Shown here one piece after another: positions 46,885 through 56,781 of a stretch of DNA of 64,000 nucleotides. The position numbers and the translations under genes are program-made. Location of the stretch: positions 190,278-254,277 of the forward strand of contig JBDKRJ010000020.1 in assembly GCA_039683455.1 (NCBI GenBank). Reading direction: 5' to 3'. Source of the DNA: Rikenellaceae bacterium (lineage in GTDB: Bacteria; Bacteroidota; Bacteroidia; Bacteroidales; UBA932). How positions within the stretch are numbered: position 1 is the first letter of the stretch; every line of letters begins with the position of its first letter. Below the pieces are notes generated by a model, which made no database searches, had not been told where the DNA came from, and saw nothing but the letters and a program-made list of their open reading frames with translations.

Positions 46885-47991
46885 ATGAAAAACTTAATAG
46901 TTGGGACTCTGTTGTCACTACTGATGATGACTGCAGTCAGCTCCGGAGCAAACAGTCAGTCCAGGCTGGATACTTTATTACCTGTGAGGGGGTTTTGCAT
47001 TGCATTGCCAACCCCGGAAGTTCTTGATGAGTTTGTAAATTTTATTAACACAGAATTGGCTCCCAGGCAGGTGAACACACTGGTTTTGAGAGTCGAATAC
47101 AAATACAAATTCAAAAGTCACCCCGAACTTATTGATACTCTGGCTCTCTCAAGAAGAGAGATTCGGAAAATTGTGAAAGCCTGCAAGAAAAACAATATAA
47201 GGATTATTCCCCTTATAGATTTGCTTGGCCATCAGTCGGGTGCAAAAGGTTTGGGACAACTTTTGCGCGTTTACCCTCAGTTTGACGAAACTCCAATGCC
47301 AAAGGTTCCCGATACTACAAAGGTGGTTCTCAACGGGTTTAATATGAAAAGTTACTGTCCGCTTCACCCCGATGTTCACACCGTTCTTTTTGACGTAATA
47401 GATGAAATTTGCGATGTCTTTGAGAGCGATGCATTTCACGCCGGAATGGATGAGGTTTTTGATATTGGAAACGACAAATGTCCGCGATGCGCCGGACGCG
47501 ACAAGGCCGACCTGTTTGCTGGTGAGGTGCGAGTTATACGCGACCATTTGGCCGGTAGAGACAGGACTATGTGGATGTGGGGAGATAGGTTCCTCGATGG
47601 TACGACAACGGGGATGGGCAGATGGGAAGCGAGTTATAACAATACACACAGAGCCATCGACATGATTCCTAAGGATGTTGTGATTTGCGACTGGCACTAC
47701 GAACGCCCCGACCTCTCCTCTGTCTATTTTGCAATTAAGGGATTAAGCGTAATGACTTGTCCGTGGAGAAACCCTCGAAGCGCAGTTATGCAGGTCGAAG
47801 ATATGGTCCGGTTCAGGCAAAATTCAACTAAGCAGATGAGCGAACGCTTTCTTGGAGTTATGGAGACAGTCTGGTCAAACACCGGAACTTTTCTGGATGG
47901 CTTCTACGGCAGAACAGAAGATGTAAAGACAGGGGAAAATACACCGTGGGACTGCTTCAGAAAGATGTACGAAAGAATTGCGGAGTTGTAG
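46885..47991 (+). CDS. GH20-like glycoside hydrolase-family protein, secreted
   Basis: The likely start is the ATG at 46885 (MKNLIVGTLLSLLMMTAVSSGANS). IPLIDLLGHQSG and FHAGMDEVFDIGNDKCPRC resemble the GH20 PGH and H-x-G-x-D-E/CxxC blocks. The assignment is by resemblance only. Confidence 0.55.
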   Translation: MKNLIVGTLLSLLMMTAVSSGANSQSRLDTLLPVRGFCIALPTPEVLDEFVNFINTELAPRQVNTLVLRVEYKYKFKSHPELIDTLALSRREIRKIVKACKKNNIRIIPLIDLLGHQSGAKGLGQLLRVYPQFDETPMPKVPDTTKVVLNGFNMKSYCPLHPDVHTVLFDVIDEICDVFESDAFHAGMDEVFDIGNDKCPRCAGRDKADLFAGEVRVIRDHLAGRDRTMWMWGDRFLDGTTTGMGRWEASYNNTHRAIDMIPKDVVICDWHYERPDLSSVYFAIKGLSVMTCPWRNPRSAVMQVEDMVRFRQNSTKQMSERFLGVMETVWSNTGTFLDGFYGRTEDVKTGENTPWDCFRKMYERIAEL

Positions 47992-48041
47992 CCAAACTGC
48001 ATCAAAACTATTTACCTTAGACCTTAGCCCGTAAATATATA

Positions 48042-49241
48042 TTAAGAGTGTGCAGATTCGATTAGCTGCTCCAGCGCCTCTATGCACATTCGGCTGTTGT
48101 GGTAAGGACATTTCCAGAAGCCTGCCTTGTCGTCAACGGTGTTGACAGATCCGTCTGCTTTTATGCTCCAGTACCACTCACCGTTTTTGTAGTCCAAAAG
48201 ATTATCAGAAATATATTGGAGTGACTTTTCGGCAAGTTTCCCTGCTATTGGATAGTCGTGAAACTTGTTAAGGTATATGAGGCCTATAAGTGTCTCAGCC
48301 TGCACCCACCAGTGTCTCTCCATGTCTGCTGTTCCATCGTTGTGAAGTTCATATATCATGCTTCCGTCCTCCTGAAGACCTTCCAGTGCCGCAAATGCTA
48401 TCTTCCTTGTACAGTCAAGAGCCATTGAAGTAAGATTTTTATCGTCCAGTACCTTTGCCGCTTCAAGAATGAGCCAAGAGGCCTCAATGTCATGGCCGAA
48501 TGAGATTTCGTTACCATGCCTGTGCCACTTCTCGTCAAAAAACAGCCCCAGGTGGTTAGTTTTCTTGTCCAATATCTTGTCCGGAAAGAGGTTCACAAGG
48601 TTTATAAGCTGATGGCGAAGTCTCTCATCCGGCCATATTCGGTAAAGATTGGTGTAGGACTCAAGGATGTGAAGATGGGTGTTCATCGTTTTCTTCTCAT
48701 TTACATCCTTATCGCTCAGGCGCATATCCTTAATCTCTTTCCAGTCACGTGTTGTTGCCTCAATGTAACCGTTGTGTTTAGAATCAAATGAGTGTTCCTC
48801 AATAGTATAGAAGAGTTTTTTCGCATATTTCAACGCCTCGGTGTCGTCTGTAGCGCGGAAATATTCACTAAGCCCGTAAATTGCAAAACCAAGAGCATAA
48901 AACTGTTTCTTTGTATTTACAGGCTCTCCTTTGTAGTTAACCGACCAATAAACCCCTCCATAAGTTTTATCATAGAAGTGATCGATTAAGTATCGTTTAG
49001 AAATAGTTGCAATGTTTAAAAACTCCGGATCAACCAGCCCCCTGTAATTGAGAAACCTGTTTACAGCCGAAAAAGTCCATAAGATTCTGGAATTGAGTAT
49101 TGCTCCCTTATCTGCTGTAGGTATGACCTCATTATCGCCTGTAACCCGGCCATAAAAACCTCCATTCTCCATATCTGACATTTTTTTGCTCCAGAATGGA
49201 AGAGTGTTGGTAAGCAGGATATCGAGTAATTTTTCTTTCAT
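48042..49241 (-). CDS. N-acylglucosamine 2-epimerase-family enzyme (cellobiose/mannobiose 2-epimerase-like)
   Basis: 399-aa ORF with (alpha/alpha)6-barrel AGE-family features (GGFY..., HLHILESYTNLY, FGHDIEASWL, WWVQAE, FWKCPYHN). Its position after the GH130 gene and the symporter matches the epimerase/phosphorylase mannan route known from Bacteroides fragilis. Confidence 0.8.
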   Translation of the reverse strand: MKEKLLDILLTNTLPFWSKKMSDMENGGFYGRVTGDNEVIPTADKGAILNSRILWTFSAVNRFLNYRGLVDPEFLNIATISKRYLIDHFYDKTYGGVYWSVNYKGEPVNTKKQFYALGFAIYGLSEYFRATDDTEALKYAKKLFYTIEEHSFDSKHNGYIEATTRDWKEIKDMRLSDKDVNEKKTMNTHLHILESYTNLYRIWPDERLRHQLINLVNLFPDKILDKKTNHLGLFFDEKWHRHGNEISFGHDIEASWLILEAAKVLDDKNLTSMALDCTRKIAFAALEGLQEDGSMIYELHNDGTADMERHWWVQAETLIGLIYLNKFHDYPIAGKLAEKSLQYISDNLLDYKNGEWYWSIKADGSVNTVDDKAGFWKCPYHNSRMCIEALEQLIESAHS

Positions 49242-49247
49242 ATTAGT

Positions 49248-50675
49248 CTATTGTAGTGAACGAAGTTTGTTGAGTTCTGAAGTCACATTCTTCATTTTCT
49301 TCTCTCCAAGCGGATAAAAAGATACAGCAACAACTGCAATTATACAGCCAATGGCCGGAAGCCAGCTCATCATCAGCCTCACTCCGTAAATAGCGTTTTC
49401 GCTCTGTTGGGCAACATCCTGGCTATATCCGAATGCAGCAAGCAACCAGCCTGTTATCGCCCCACCAATTGCCCAGCCAAATTTCTGCGACATTGATGAT
49501 GACGAGAGTATAAGGCCCGTAGCACGGCGACCGGTTTTCAACTCCTGATAGTCCACAATATCGGCATACATGCTCCAGAGAAGAGGAAAAATTATCCCTG
49601 CACAAATGCTTATAAGAGTCTGGAATACAAGAATCAACCCTAACTGATCGGGGCCAAGTTTAAAGAAAATTACGCTAAGTAATGCTGCAATGGACATTGC
49701 TCCAATGTAGGTAGATTTTTTTCCTATTTTGTTTGCCACAGGTGCGGCAAGGGCTACTCCTATCATATTTGAGGCCTGACCTACAAGTAGATAGATTGTC
49801 CCAAGTGTCCAGCCAAAAGCTGTACTCCTGTATGTATCAGTAATAAAATCTGTAAAATAGAATAGTGCCACTCCGTCTCTTATTGAGTTGAAAAGAAGGG
49901 CAGCTACGCCGGAAGCGAGAAGTATCCACCACGGTCTGTTTGCAAACAACAGCCTGATATCTTGCCAGACAGATGCTTTGTTCTTCGATTCGTCGGCAGC
50001 TTTTACCCTCTCTTTTGTCCATTTGAAACAGAGAAAGAAGAGGAGTGCACATATTGCACCTATGACAGCAACCGCCATAGTCCACGCTGCAGGATTTGTA
50101 GATATGCCAGATTCTGCTTCCAATACTGTAACATCTCCTCTCATTCTGGCAAAAAAATCGATTAGTGGCTGTATGAGCATAAATGTGATGAAGCTTCCTG
50201 CATATGCAAAAAACATTCTGTAAGAAGAGAGTATATTTCTGTCCTTTATCTCTGTAGAGATTACACCAAGCATAGAGGCGTAAGGTACGTTTACAACTGT
50301 ATAAATCATCATCATGAGAGTATATGTAGCATAGGCATAGATAAGTTTGGCGCTCTGGCTCCAGTCAGGTGTGTAAAATGTCAGTATGCCTATCAAAGCA
50401 AATGGAATTCCGCCCCAGAGAAGGTATGGGCGGTACTTGCCCCAGCGGGTGTGGGTCCTGTCTGCAATAAGACCCATTATAGGATCATTGGCCGCATCCC
50501 ATATTCTCGTTACAAGAAACATTGTACCTGCTGCTGCAGGCGATATTCCAAAAACCTTGGTGTAAAAAAACAGCAGATACATCCCAAATATTTTCCAGAA
50601 CATGCTCGAAGCCATATCCCCAAAGCCATATGCCAGTTTCTCCCTGAAACGAATAACGGTTGCATCGTTGTTCAT
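49248..50675 (-). CDS. Glycoside-pentoside-hexuronide (GPH):cation symporter-family transporter
   Basis: 475-aa ORF with 12 hydrophobic segments and the GPH-type N-terminus (EKLAYGFGDMASSMFW...RIWDAANDPIMG.IADRT.TRWGKYRPY). Confidence 0.85.
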   Translation of the reverse strand: MNNDATVIRFREKLAYGFGDMASSMFWKIFGMYLLFFYTKVFGISPAAAGTMFLVTRIWDAANDPIMGLIADRTHTRWGKYRPYLLWGGIPFALIGILTFYTPDWSQSAKLIYAYATYTLMMMIYTVVNVPYASMLGVISTEIKDRNILSSYRMFFAYAGSFITFMLIQPLIDFFARMRGDVTVLEAESGISTNPAAWTMAVAVIGAICALLFFLCFKWTKERVKAADESKNKASVWQDIRLLFANRPWWILLASGVAALLFNSIRDGVALFYFTDFITDTYRSTAFGWTLGTIYLLVGQASNMIGVALAAPVANKIGKKSTYIGAMSIAALLSVIFFKLGPDQLGLILVFQTLISICAGIIFPLLWSMYADIVDYQELKTGRRATGLILSSSSMSQKFGWAIGGAITGWLLAAFGYSQDVAQQSENAIYGVRLMMSWLPAIGCIIAVVAVSFYPLGEKKMKNVTSELNKLRSLQ

Positions 50676-50677
50676 AA

Positions 50678-51847
50678 TTATGATCTATATTTTAAGTTTT
50701 TATCAATTATAGATTTCAGCGTTTTTACTGAACTTGCCGATGTGAATCCGTCCACAGGGGTATTGAAACAGTAATCCAGCAATTTATCCACTGTTGAGGT
50801 TGCCACATGCATACGGGTATCGCTTGATGCATAGTAAATATATACTTTCCCATCATCATCGCAAATCCATCCATTCGAAAACAGTACATTTGAGACATCC
50901 CCAATCCGCTCCTCATTTTCGGGCGCCATAAAATATCCGGCAGGCTCTGCAATAAGTCTCCATGGCTCCTTGAGATCGGTAACGTAAAGAAATAATACAT
51001 ATCTTAGGCCGGCAGCGCAACTCCTTACTCCATGCGCAAGGTGTAGCCATCCACGCGAAGTTTTTAAAGGATGCGGTCCTTCTCCGTTTTTGGTCTCTTT
51101 GATTGTATGGTAATAGCGCTTGTTTATGATTTGCTCATTTTCCGCCCTGGCATTCTTGATGTCGTCTATAAGCGACCAACCTATGCCGCCACCATTACCT
51201 GCTGCAATAAATCCGTCCTGGGGGCGTGTATAAATAGCGTATTTGCCATTGACAAATTCAGGATGCAAAACAACATTTCTTTGCTGGCTCCTTGACTGAA
51301 GATCGGGAAGTCTTTCCCAGTTTACGAGATCTCTGGTTCTTGCTATGCCGGCCGATGCAATTGCCAATGAGAGGTCGCCCGCAGGAGCAGAATGGTCTTT
51401 GCGTTCAACACAAAAAACGCCGTATATCCAGCCATCTTCGTGAGCCGTGAGCCTCATATCATATATATTTGTAGCCGGCTCACCCCATTCAGGCATAGTA
51501 ACAGGATAATCCCAGAATTTAAAATTGTCAATCCCGTTTGGGCTTTCCGCTACTGCAAAAAAAGATTTTCGGTCGTAGCCTTCTACTCTCGCCATCATTA
51601 TATATCTGTCGTTCCATTTAATGGCACCCGCATTAAAGATAGCATTTATTCCAAATCGTTCCAAAAGATATGGATTGCTTTTCGAATCAAAGTCATATCT
51701 CCAAAAAAGTGGGGTGTGAGCTGCTGTTAGAACAGGGTTTTTGTATCGTGTAAATAATTGATTATCTTTCTCTATTGGGGTATTCTTTCGAGTTATAAGC
51801 TCTTTGTGTCCATCACTCAACTGTCTCAATCTTTCTGCAAATAACAT
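50678..51847 (-). CDS. GH130 beta-1,4-mannosyl-glucose/mannooligosaccharide phosphorylase
   Basis: 389-aa ORF with GH130-type five-bladed propeller sequence ([31 protein letters not shown]). The gene order GH26, GH130, symporter, epimerase supports the call. Confidence 0.8.
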   Translation of the reverse strand: MLFAERLRQLSDGHKELITRKNTPIEKDNQLFTRYKNPVLTAAHTPLFWRYDFDSKSNPYLLERFGINAIFNAGAIKWNDRYIMMARVEGYDRKSFFAVAESPNGIDNFKFWDYPVTMPEWGEPATNIYDMRLTAHEDGWIYGVFCVERKDHSAPAGDLSLAIASAGIARTRDLVNWERLPDLQSRSQQRNVVLHPEFVNGKYAIYTRPQDGFIAAGNGGGIGWSLIDDIKNARAENEQIINKRYYHTIKETKNGEGPHPLKTSRGWLHLAHGVRSCAAGLRYVLFLYVTDLKEPWRLIAEPAGYFMAPENEERIGDVSNVLFSNGWICDDDGKVYIYYASSDTRMHVATSTVDKLLDYCFNTPVDGFTSASSVKTLKSIIDKNLKYRS

Positions 51848-51858
51848 GGGTTTATGTT

Positions 51859-52998
51859 TTAGTTATGAATTTTCTGTAAGTCTTTTAAAAATATTGTTTT
51901 TGGGGAGTTGTAAAACTCTATGAAATCCGGGGCCGATTGCTGTCCCAGGAAAGGGGCATAGTAATGCTCCGGCCTGTCATGTGCGTTTCTCCATACCAGA
52001 ATATAACACACATTTAGCTCTTTTACCGCTTCGAGTAGTCTGTTAGTCCACCACCTGGGGTCCGGAAGAGTCTCCAATCCTGTCTCGGTGAGGGCAATCA
52101 ATTTGTTGTGCTTTTCGCCAATGCGAGCTATCATCTTCAAATCCCTTTTGAGGTCTGACACATATTGATCACCACCTTCACTTCCTCCGAACTGGTAAGC
52201 ATCATAGCCCAGAAGGTCAACATATTCATCTCCTGGATAGTTTACCATATAACCTATGGAGTCAACTCCCAGATTTGGAGAATAAGCCCATATCAGATTT
52301 GAGAGCCCCTCCTTTGTTAAATAGTCGTGTGTCATTCTCCAGAGCTGAATATAATCTTCGGGCGACGAGTCCGGCTTGCCCCACCAGAACCAATGGCCGG
52401 TATGTTCGTGATATGGACGGAATATTACTGGTATCTGCATTCCGTCCTTGTCAGTCAGAGTTTTTAGGAATGTAGCTGCCCTTGTCAGCCACTGCATATA
52501 AGTTTCGTGATAGCTGTGGCCAGGAAGTAATGCCCTCATAACCGTATCACGGGAGCAGTCCCAGGAGTCGCCTCCTGTAACCGGATTTCTCGAATGCCAG
52601 CTTATGGCTGTTACTCCACCCATCTCGTGTTGTGCAATTATAGCCTCCCGCATAGTTTCAAAATGGACACTATCTAAATCATGGGTGTCCCCTCTTTCAA
52701 TGCCTCCCAGATCGCAACCCAGAACTGCAGGATAATCTCCGCACACATCTTTTATATCGCTGCGCCACTTTGCCGCTCCGGCGTAGAGTGTCCTATTTGG
52801 CCTCTTCCAGTGGTGGCCATAGAAATAGCTGTCCTGATGGCCAAAAAGGAATTTTCCCTCTGCCACTACAGTACTCAGTCTATTCAATATTTCCTTTTTA
52901 GGGGTAATCTCTTTAGAGTTGTTGCAGGATGTTGCTGTGATACTTATCATTGTCAATAGGGAGAGGAGAAATATAAGTGAATTGTAAAATTTCTTCAT
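51859..52998 (-). CDS. GH26 endo-beta-1,4-mannanase, lipoprotein
   Basis: 379-aa ORF with a lipobox (ITATSC) and GH26 blocks: [25 protein letters not shown] (acid/base Glu region) and ALTETG (nucleophile Glu region). Confidence 0.8.
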   Translation of the reverse strand: MKKFYNSLIFLLSLLTMISITATSCNNSKEITPKKEILNRLSTVVAEGKFLFGHQDSYFYGHHWKRPNRTLYAGAAKWRSDIKDVCGDYPAVLGCDLGGIERGDTHDLDSVHFETMREAIIAQHEMGGVTAISWHSRNPVTGGDSWDCSRDTVMRALLPGHSYHETYMQWLTRAATFLKTLTDKDGMQIPVIFRPYHEHTGHWFWWGKPDSSPEDYIQLWRMTHDYLTKEGLSNLIWAYSPNLGVDSIGYMVNYPGDEYVDLLGYDAYQFGGSEGGDQYVSDLKRDLKMIARIGEKHNKLIALTETGLETLPDPRWWTNRLLEAVKELNVCYILVWRNAHDRPEHYYAPFLGQQSAPDFIEFYNSPKTIFLKDLQKIHN

Positions 52999-53005
52999 AA
53001 TATCT

Positions 53006-55300
53006 CTATTTTACAGTAAAACTTTTTTTAAGCAGGTCTTTGTCCATTGAGGAAGCACCTGCCATTACTATGAATTCTCCTGGTTCAATAACCGGCTTCA
53101 GGTTTTTGTCGAGGAACATGAGTTTATCGGGAGTAATTTTGAATTTAACCTCTTTACTCTCTCCTGCTTTCAGCTCAACTCTTGCAAAATCCTTAAGCTC
53201 TTTTACAGGACGGGTTACACTGCTGAATCTGTCTCTTATATAGAGCTGAACTATCTCCACACCATCTTTCCCGCCAATATTTTTGACAGTAACAGCCACA
53301 CCAACTGTCTGCCCGCTCTCAATTTCTTCAGAAGAGAGTACGAGGTTTGAATATTCATATTTTGTATAGGAAAGTCCATATCCAAATGGATAGAGCGGGG
53401 TGCTCGGGGTTAGGGCGTAAGGGTGGAAGTACTGCGATGGCTTATGATTATAAATCATTTGAATCTGCCCCGTGCCGCGTGGAATTGTAACTGCCAGTTT
53501 TGCCGACGGATTCACCTTTCCATAAATTATTTCTGCAATTGCTCTTCCTCCGTACATACCGGGCTCCCAGCCATTGATTATGGCCGTAAGGTTTTCGGCA
53601 GCCCATTCTGTTGCCAGTGGTCTGCCTGTAATAAGAACAAGGATCGTAGGTTTGCCAGAAGCTGCCACCCTTTTGATTAGCTCATCCTGAAGCCCTACAA
53701 GGTTTATGTCTGAGCGGTCTGTATCTTCACCTCCTGTGCGATCATTCCATTTAGCTCTGTTCATATATTCTCCCGCTACAACAATATTAAGATCACTCTG
53801 CCGTGCCTTAAGTCCGGCTTCGCGAACCTTTGCAGGGTCCATATTGCGGGGATCCCAGCCCTGATCTACAAATTCAACTTTGCTGTTTTTAGCAATCTCC
53901 CTGATTCCCTCGAGAATTGTGGTCACGTTCTCCTCTTTCTGAGGAGCCGACCAGTCGCCGAGGATATTCATGTCATTGGCGTTTATGCCGGTTACGAGCA
54001 CTCTTTTGTATTTGCTTTCGTCTATTGGCAGAGTGCCGTTATTTTTAAGGAGGACAACTGAATTGCGGGCTGCTTCAAGAGCTGTTGCCCTGTGCTCGTC
54101 GCAGAGACGAATTTTCATTGTCTTTTCGGAATCTGCAAAAGGCTCTTCGAAGAGTCCGAGGCGGAATTTCATTGTAAGAATGCGCCTTACAGATTCATCA
54201 ATTCTTTTTTCTGTAATGCGTCCTTCGCGAACAAGTTCACATACATACTCGTTCCAGTAAATTCCGTGCATATGCATATCTATGCCAGCCATAATCGACT
54301 GGAAAAAGGCCTCTTTAAGATTTCCGGCAGTTGCGTGGAGGTCATAAATATGTTCAATATCCATCCAATCGCTCACCACAAAGCCTTTGAACCCCCACTC
54401 TTTGCGAAGTACATCTTCCACGAGCCACTCATTTGAATGGCAAGGGATGCCGTTTAGTTCGTTATGAGACATCATAATAGAGAGCACTCCGGCATCAACT
54501 CCGTTTTTGAAAGGAGGAAAGAAAACCTCTCTGAGTGTCCTTTCGGAAATATCTGTCGGGGAACCGTTTGTACCGTTAATCGGCTGACTACCTGCCACAA
54601 AGTGTTTTATACAGGCCAAAACATCTTCTTTGCTGTTGAGCTGTCCTTGATAACCTTTTACAGTTTGTGCCCCCATTAGCGAAACAAGATATGGATCTTC
54701 GCCAAAAGTCTCTCCCACTCTTCCCCAGCGGGGATCACGGGCCACCTCTACATTAGGATTGAATGTCCAGTGCATATTCATGGCCCTCATCTCTTTTGCT
54801 GTCTGGCGTGCAATTTTATACGCCATGGATGTATCAAAAGAAGATGCCAGCCCTATATTGGTTGGATAGACAGTATTATCGGGTGCATTTGCGTTGCCGT
54901 GTATTGCATCAATTCCAAAAATGAGAGGAATTTGAAGGCGGCTTTTCATGGCAAGAGACTGAAGATAATTTGCCTCTTCGATTGTTAATACATGCAGAAA
55001 TGAACCAATGAGGCCATCTGCTGTCCACTGTTCAATTACAGGAGCGGGAAAGCCCGGATAAAATGCTTTAGCTGTATTATTTCGAAGCTCTTCCTCTGTG
55101 AGGGTTTTCTCATTTGAGCGGATATGCTCGAGGCCGACAAACTGGTTCATCTGGCCAACCTTCTCCTCGAGGGTCATTCTGCTTAACAGATCCTCAACCC
55201 TCTTGTTTATCGGAGCAGAAGAGTCTTTATATACTTCTGCAGAAGAATTGTCCCAAGAACAAAGTGCGGTAAGTACCATTGTTAGTAATATATACTTCAT
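53006..55300 (-). CDS. GH3 beta-glucosidase (BglX-like), secreted
   Basis: The ATG at 55300 (MKYILLT..) is the likely start because the track start is a TTG. GH3 motifs are present (EEKVGQM, GIDAIHG, KHF.., the nucleophile motif GFVVSDW) along with a C-terminal fibronectin-like domain. Confidence 0.9.
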   Translation of the reverse strand: MKYILLTMVLTALCSWDNSSAEVYKDSSAPINKRVEDLLSRMTLEEKVGQMNQFVGLEHIRSNEKTLTEEELRNNTAKAFYPGFPAPVIEQWTADGLIGSFLHVLTIEEANYLQSLAMKSRLQIPLIFGIDAIHGNANAPDNTVYPTNIGLASSFDTSMAYKIARQTAKEMRAMNMHWTFNPNVEVARDPRWGRVGETFGEDPYLVSLMGAQTVKGYQGQLNSKEDVLACIKHFVAGSQPINGTNGSPTDISERTLREVFFPPFKNGVDAGVLSIMMSHNELNGIPCHSNEWLVEDVLRKEWGFKGFVVSDWMDIEHIYDLHATAGNLKEAFFQSIMAGIDMHMHGIYWNEYVCELVREGRITEKRIDESVRRILTMKFRLGLFEEPFADSEKTMKIRLCDEHRATALEAARNSVVLLKNNGTLPIDESKYKRVLVTGINANDMNILGDWSAPQKEENVTTILEGIREIAKNSKVEFVDQGWDPRNMDPAKVREAGLKARQSDLNIVVAGEYMNRAKWNDRTGGEDTDRSDINLVGLQDELIKRVAASGKPTILVLITGRPLATEWAAENLTAIINGWEPGMYGGRAIAEIIYGKVNPSAKLAVTIPRGTGQIQMIYNHKPSQYFHPYALTPSTPLYPFGYGLSYTKYEYSNLVLSSEEIESGQTVGVAVTVKNIGGKDGVEIVQLYIRDRFSSVTRPVKELKDFARVELKAGESKEVKFKITPDKLMFLDKNLKPVIEPGEFIVMAGASSMDKDLLKKSFTVK

Positions 55301-55318
55301 TTTTACAATAATTTTCAA

Positions 55319-56728
55319 CTACTTAAAGCTTGGAAGATCTGAGCGGGTTACTACAAAACTGTTTGAAAATATTTTTTTCCAGTACTCTGCTCCGTTGTAT
55401 TTGTCTGCTTTGGTATAATCGCCGTACCATGGCATAAAGTATGACCATTTATCTCCATTGGCGAGCATAAGGTCGGGGTCAGGAATGTAACCACACTCGG
55501 TTAGTGCCACGATTTTCCTGCTACCTGCAATAAGGGCGGTCTTCTTGAAGAAGTCCAGATGAGAGCCGTGTGCCGCAGCGTCGTCATAGATGTCAATTCC
55601 AATAATGTCTACATAATCTTTACCCGGATACCATTTTAAACCGTCGGCATACCACAGATAGTCATAATTATCCAGAGAAACTGTCCATACCCATATGAGG
55701 TTATTCAAACCATGAAAATTAACAAGGCGGTTGTACATCACTTTCCAGAGCTGAACGCAGGATTCTGCCCCTTTACTCCCCCACCAGAACCAGTCTCCGT
55801 ACCGGTAAGAGCCCTCGGCTTCGTGAAGCGGTCTCCATATTAGGGGTACACCTGCATCTTTAAGTTTTTTCAGATGAGTTGCAACCTCGTCAATATCGGC
55901 AATCATTGCCTTATACTGTGTAGATGTGGGGTCAAAAATTTTCGAAATGTCAAATGAGGTCTTCTCTGAGTAGAACTCGTCTGTTATACGAGACGGATCG
56001 AGCCAATGCCACATAAGTGCGACTATGCCTCCATCTTGCCAGTATTTTATTGCGTTATTTGTCAAAGCATTATAATCTACCCAACTATCGTAATTTGTAC
56101 CTTTTCTTGTGTAATGAATAAAGTCAAAGCAGGCCATCGCCGGCCACTTGCCTGTTTGAGAATATACCCACTGTGCATTGTCAATATTCCAGTTTACCTC
56201 TGCCATTGTAGAGGATATGATTTTGTTGCCAAAACTCTGCTTCAGGTAGTCATAAACTTTTTTAGCCCCTGCAGAAACGTTTGTATTTACGGGGCTTGCA
56301 TCAATATTCCAGATGATGGAGGAGGGAATATCCGGATTAGGCGCAACGTATTCTACAGTACTGAATGATATGCTGAAAAACTCTGCTGCTGCATTGTCGG
56401 TTTTATTCAGAATACTCCCTTTTGGAATGGTAAGAGTGTAGCTTGTTGCATACTCAAGCCTGCCGAATGTGAGGACAACTGACTTATTTGTTGCATTGGC
56501 TGCAACACTTAAGTTACCAAGTGTGATACCCGGCGAGGTGGATATTTTCACTGGAACAGAGTAGGTAATTGTTATGGTTCCCAAGTTTACATCTACAACC
56601 AACCCCGCAGTTATAGATATTGTCTCTAAAACAGGAGTTACTGCCGGCGGATCAGGCTCGGGTTTTACACTGCAAGCGGTGAAAACGGCAAATAAGGGTA
56701 TTATACAACAGATGAGTATATTTTTCAT
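55319..56728 (-). CDS. GH26 mannanase with N-terminal Ig-like domain, lipoprotein
   Basis: The likely start is the ATG at 56728 (MKNILICCIIPLFAVFTAC). An N-terminal beta-sandwich of about 110 aa is followed by GH26 blocks (MWHWLDP, IWRPLHEAEGSYRYGDWFWWG, ALTECG). Confidence 0.8.
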   Translation of the reverse strand: MKNILICCIIPLFAVFTACSVKPEPDPPAVTPVLETISITAGLVVDVNLGTITITYSVPVKISTSPGITLGNLSVAANATNKSVVLTFGRLEYATSYTLTIPKGSILNKTDNAAAEFFSISFSTVEYVAPNPDIPSSIIWNIDASPVNTNVSAGAKKVYDYLKQSFGNKIISSTMAEVNWNIDNAQWVYSQTGKWPAMACFDFIHYTRKGTNYDSWVDYNALTNNAIKYWQDGGIVALMWHWLDPSRITDEFYSEKTSFDISKIFDPTSTQYKAMIADIDEVATHLKKLKDAGVPLIWRPLHEAEGSYRYGDWFWWGSKGAESCVQLWKVMYNRLVNFHGLNNLIWVWTVSLDNYDYLWYADGLKWYPGKDYVDIIGIDIYDDAAAHGSHLDFFKKTALIAGSRKIVALTECGYIPDPDLMLANGDKWSYFMPWYGDYTKADKYNGAEYWKKIFSNSFVVTRSDLPSFK

Positions 56729-56781
56729 AAAAAAGATAAAAGTGGTTTGCGGAGATTTAATTCCGCAAACCACAATGGATA

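Noticed and set aside
47149-47697. 182-aa minus-strand ORF inside the GH20-like gene
   Set aside because: It is antisense to a plus-strand ORF that has a signal peptide and GH20-like blocks. It has no independent support.
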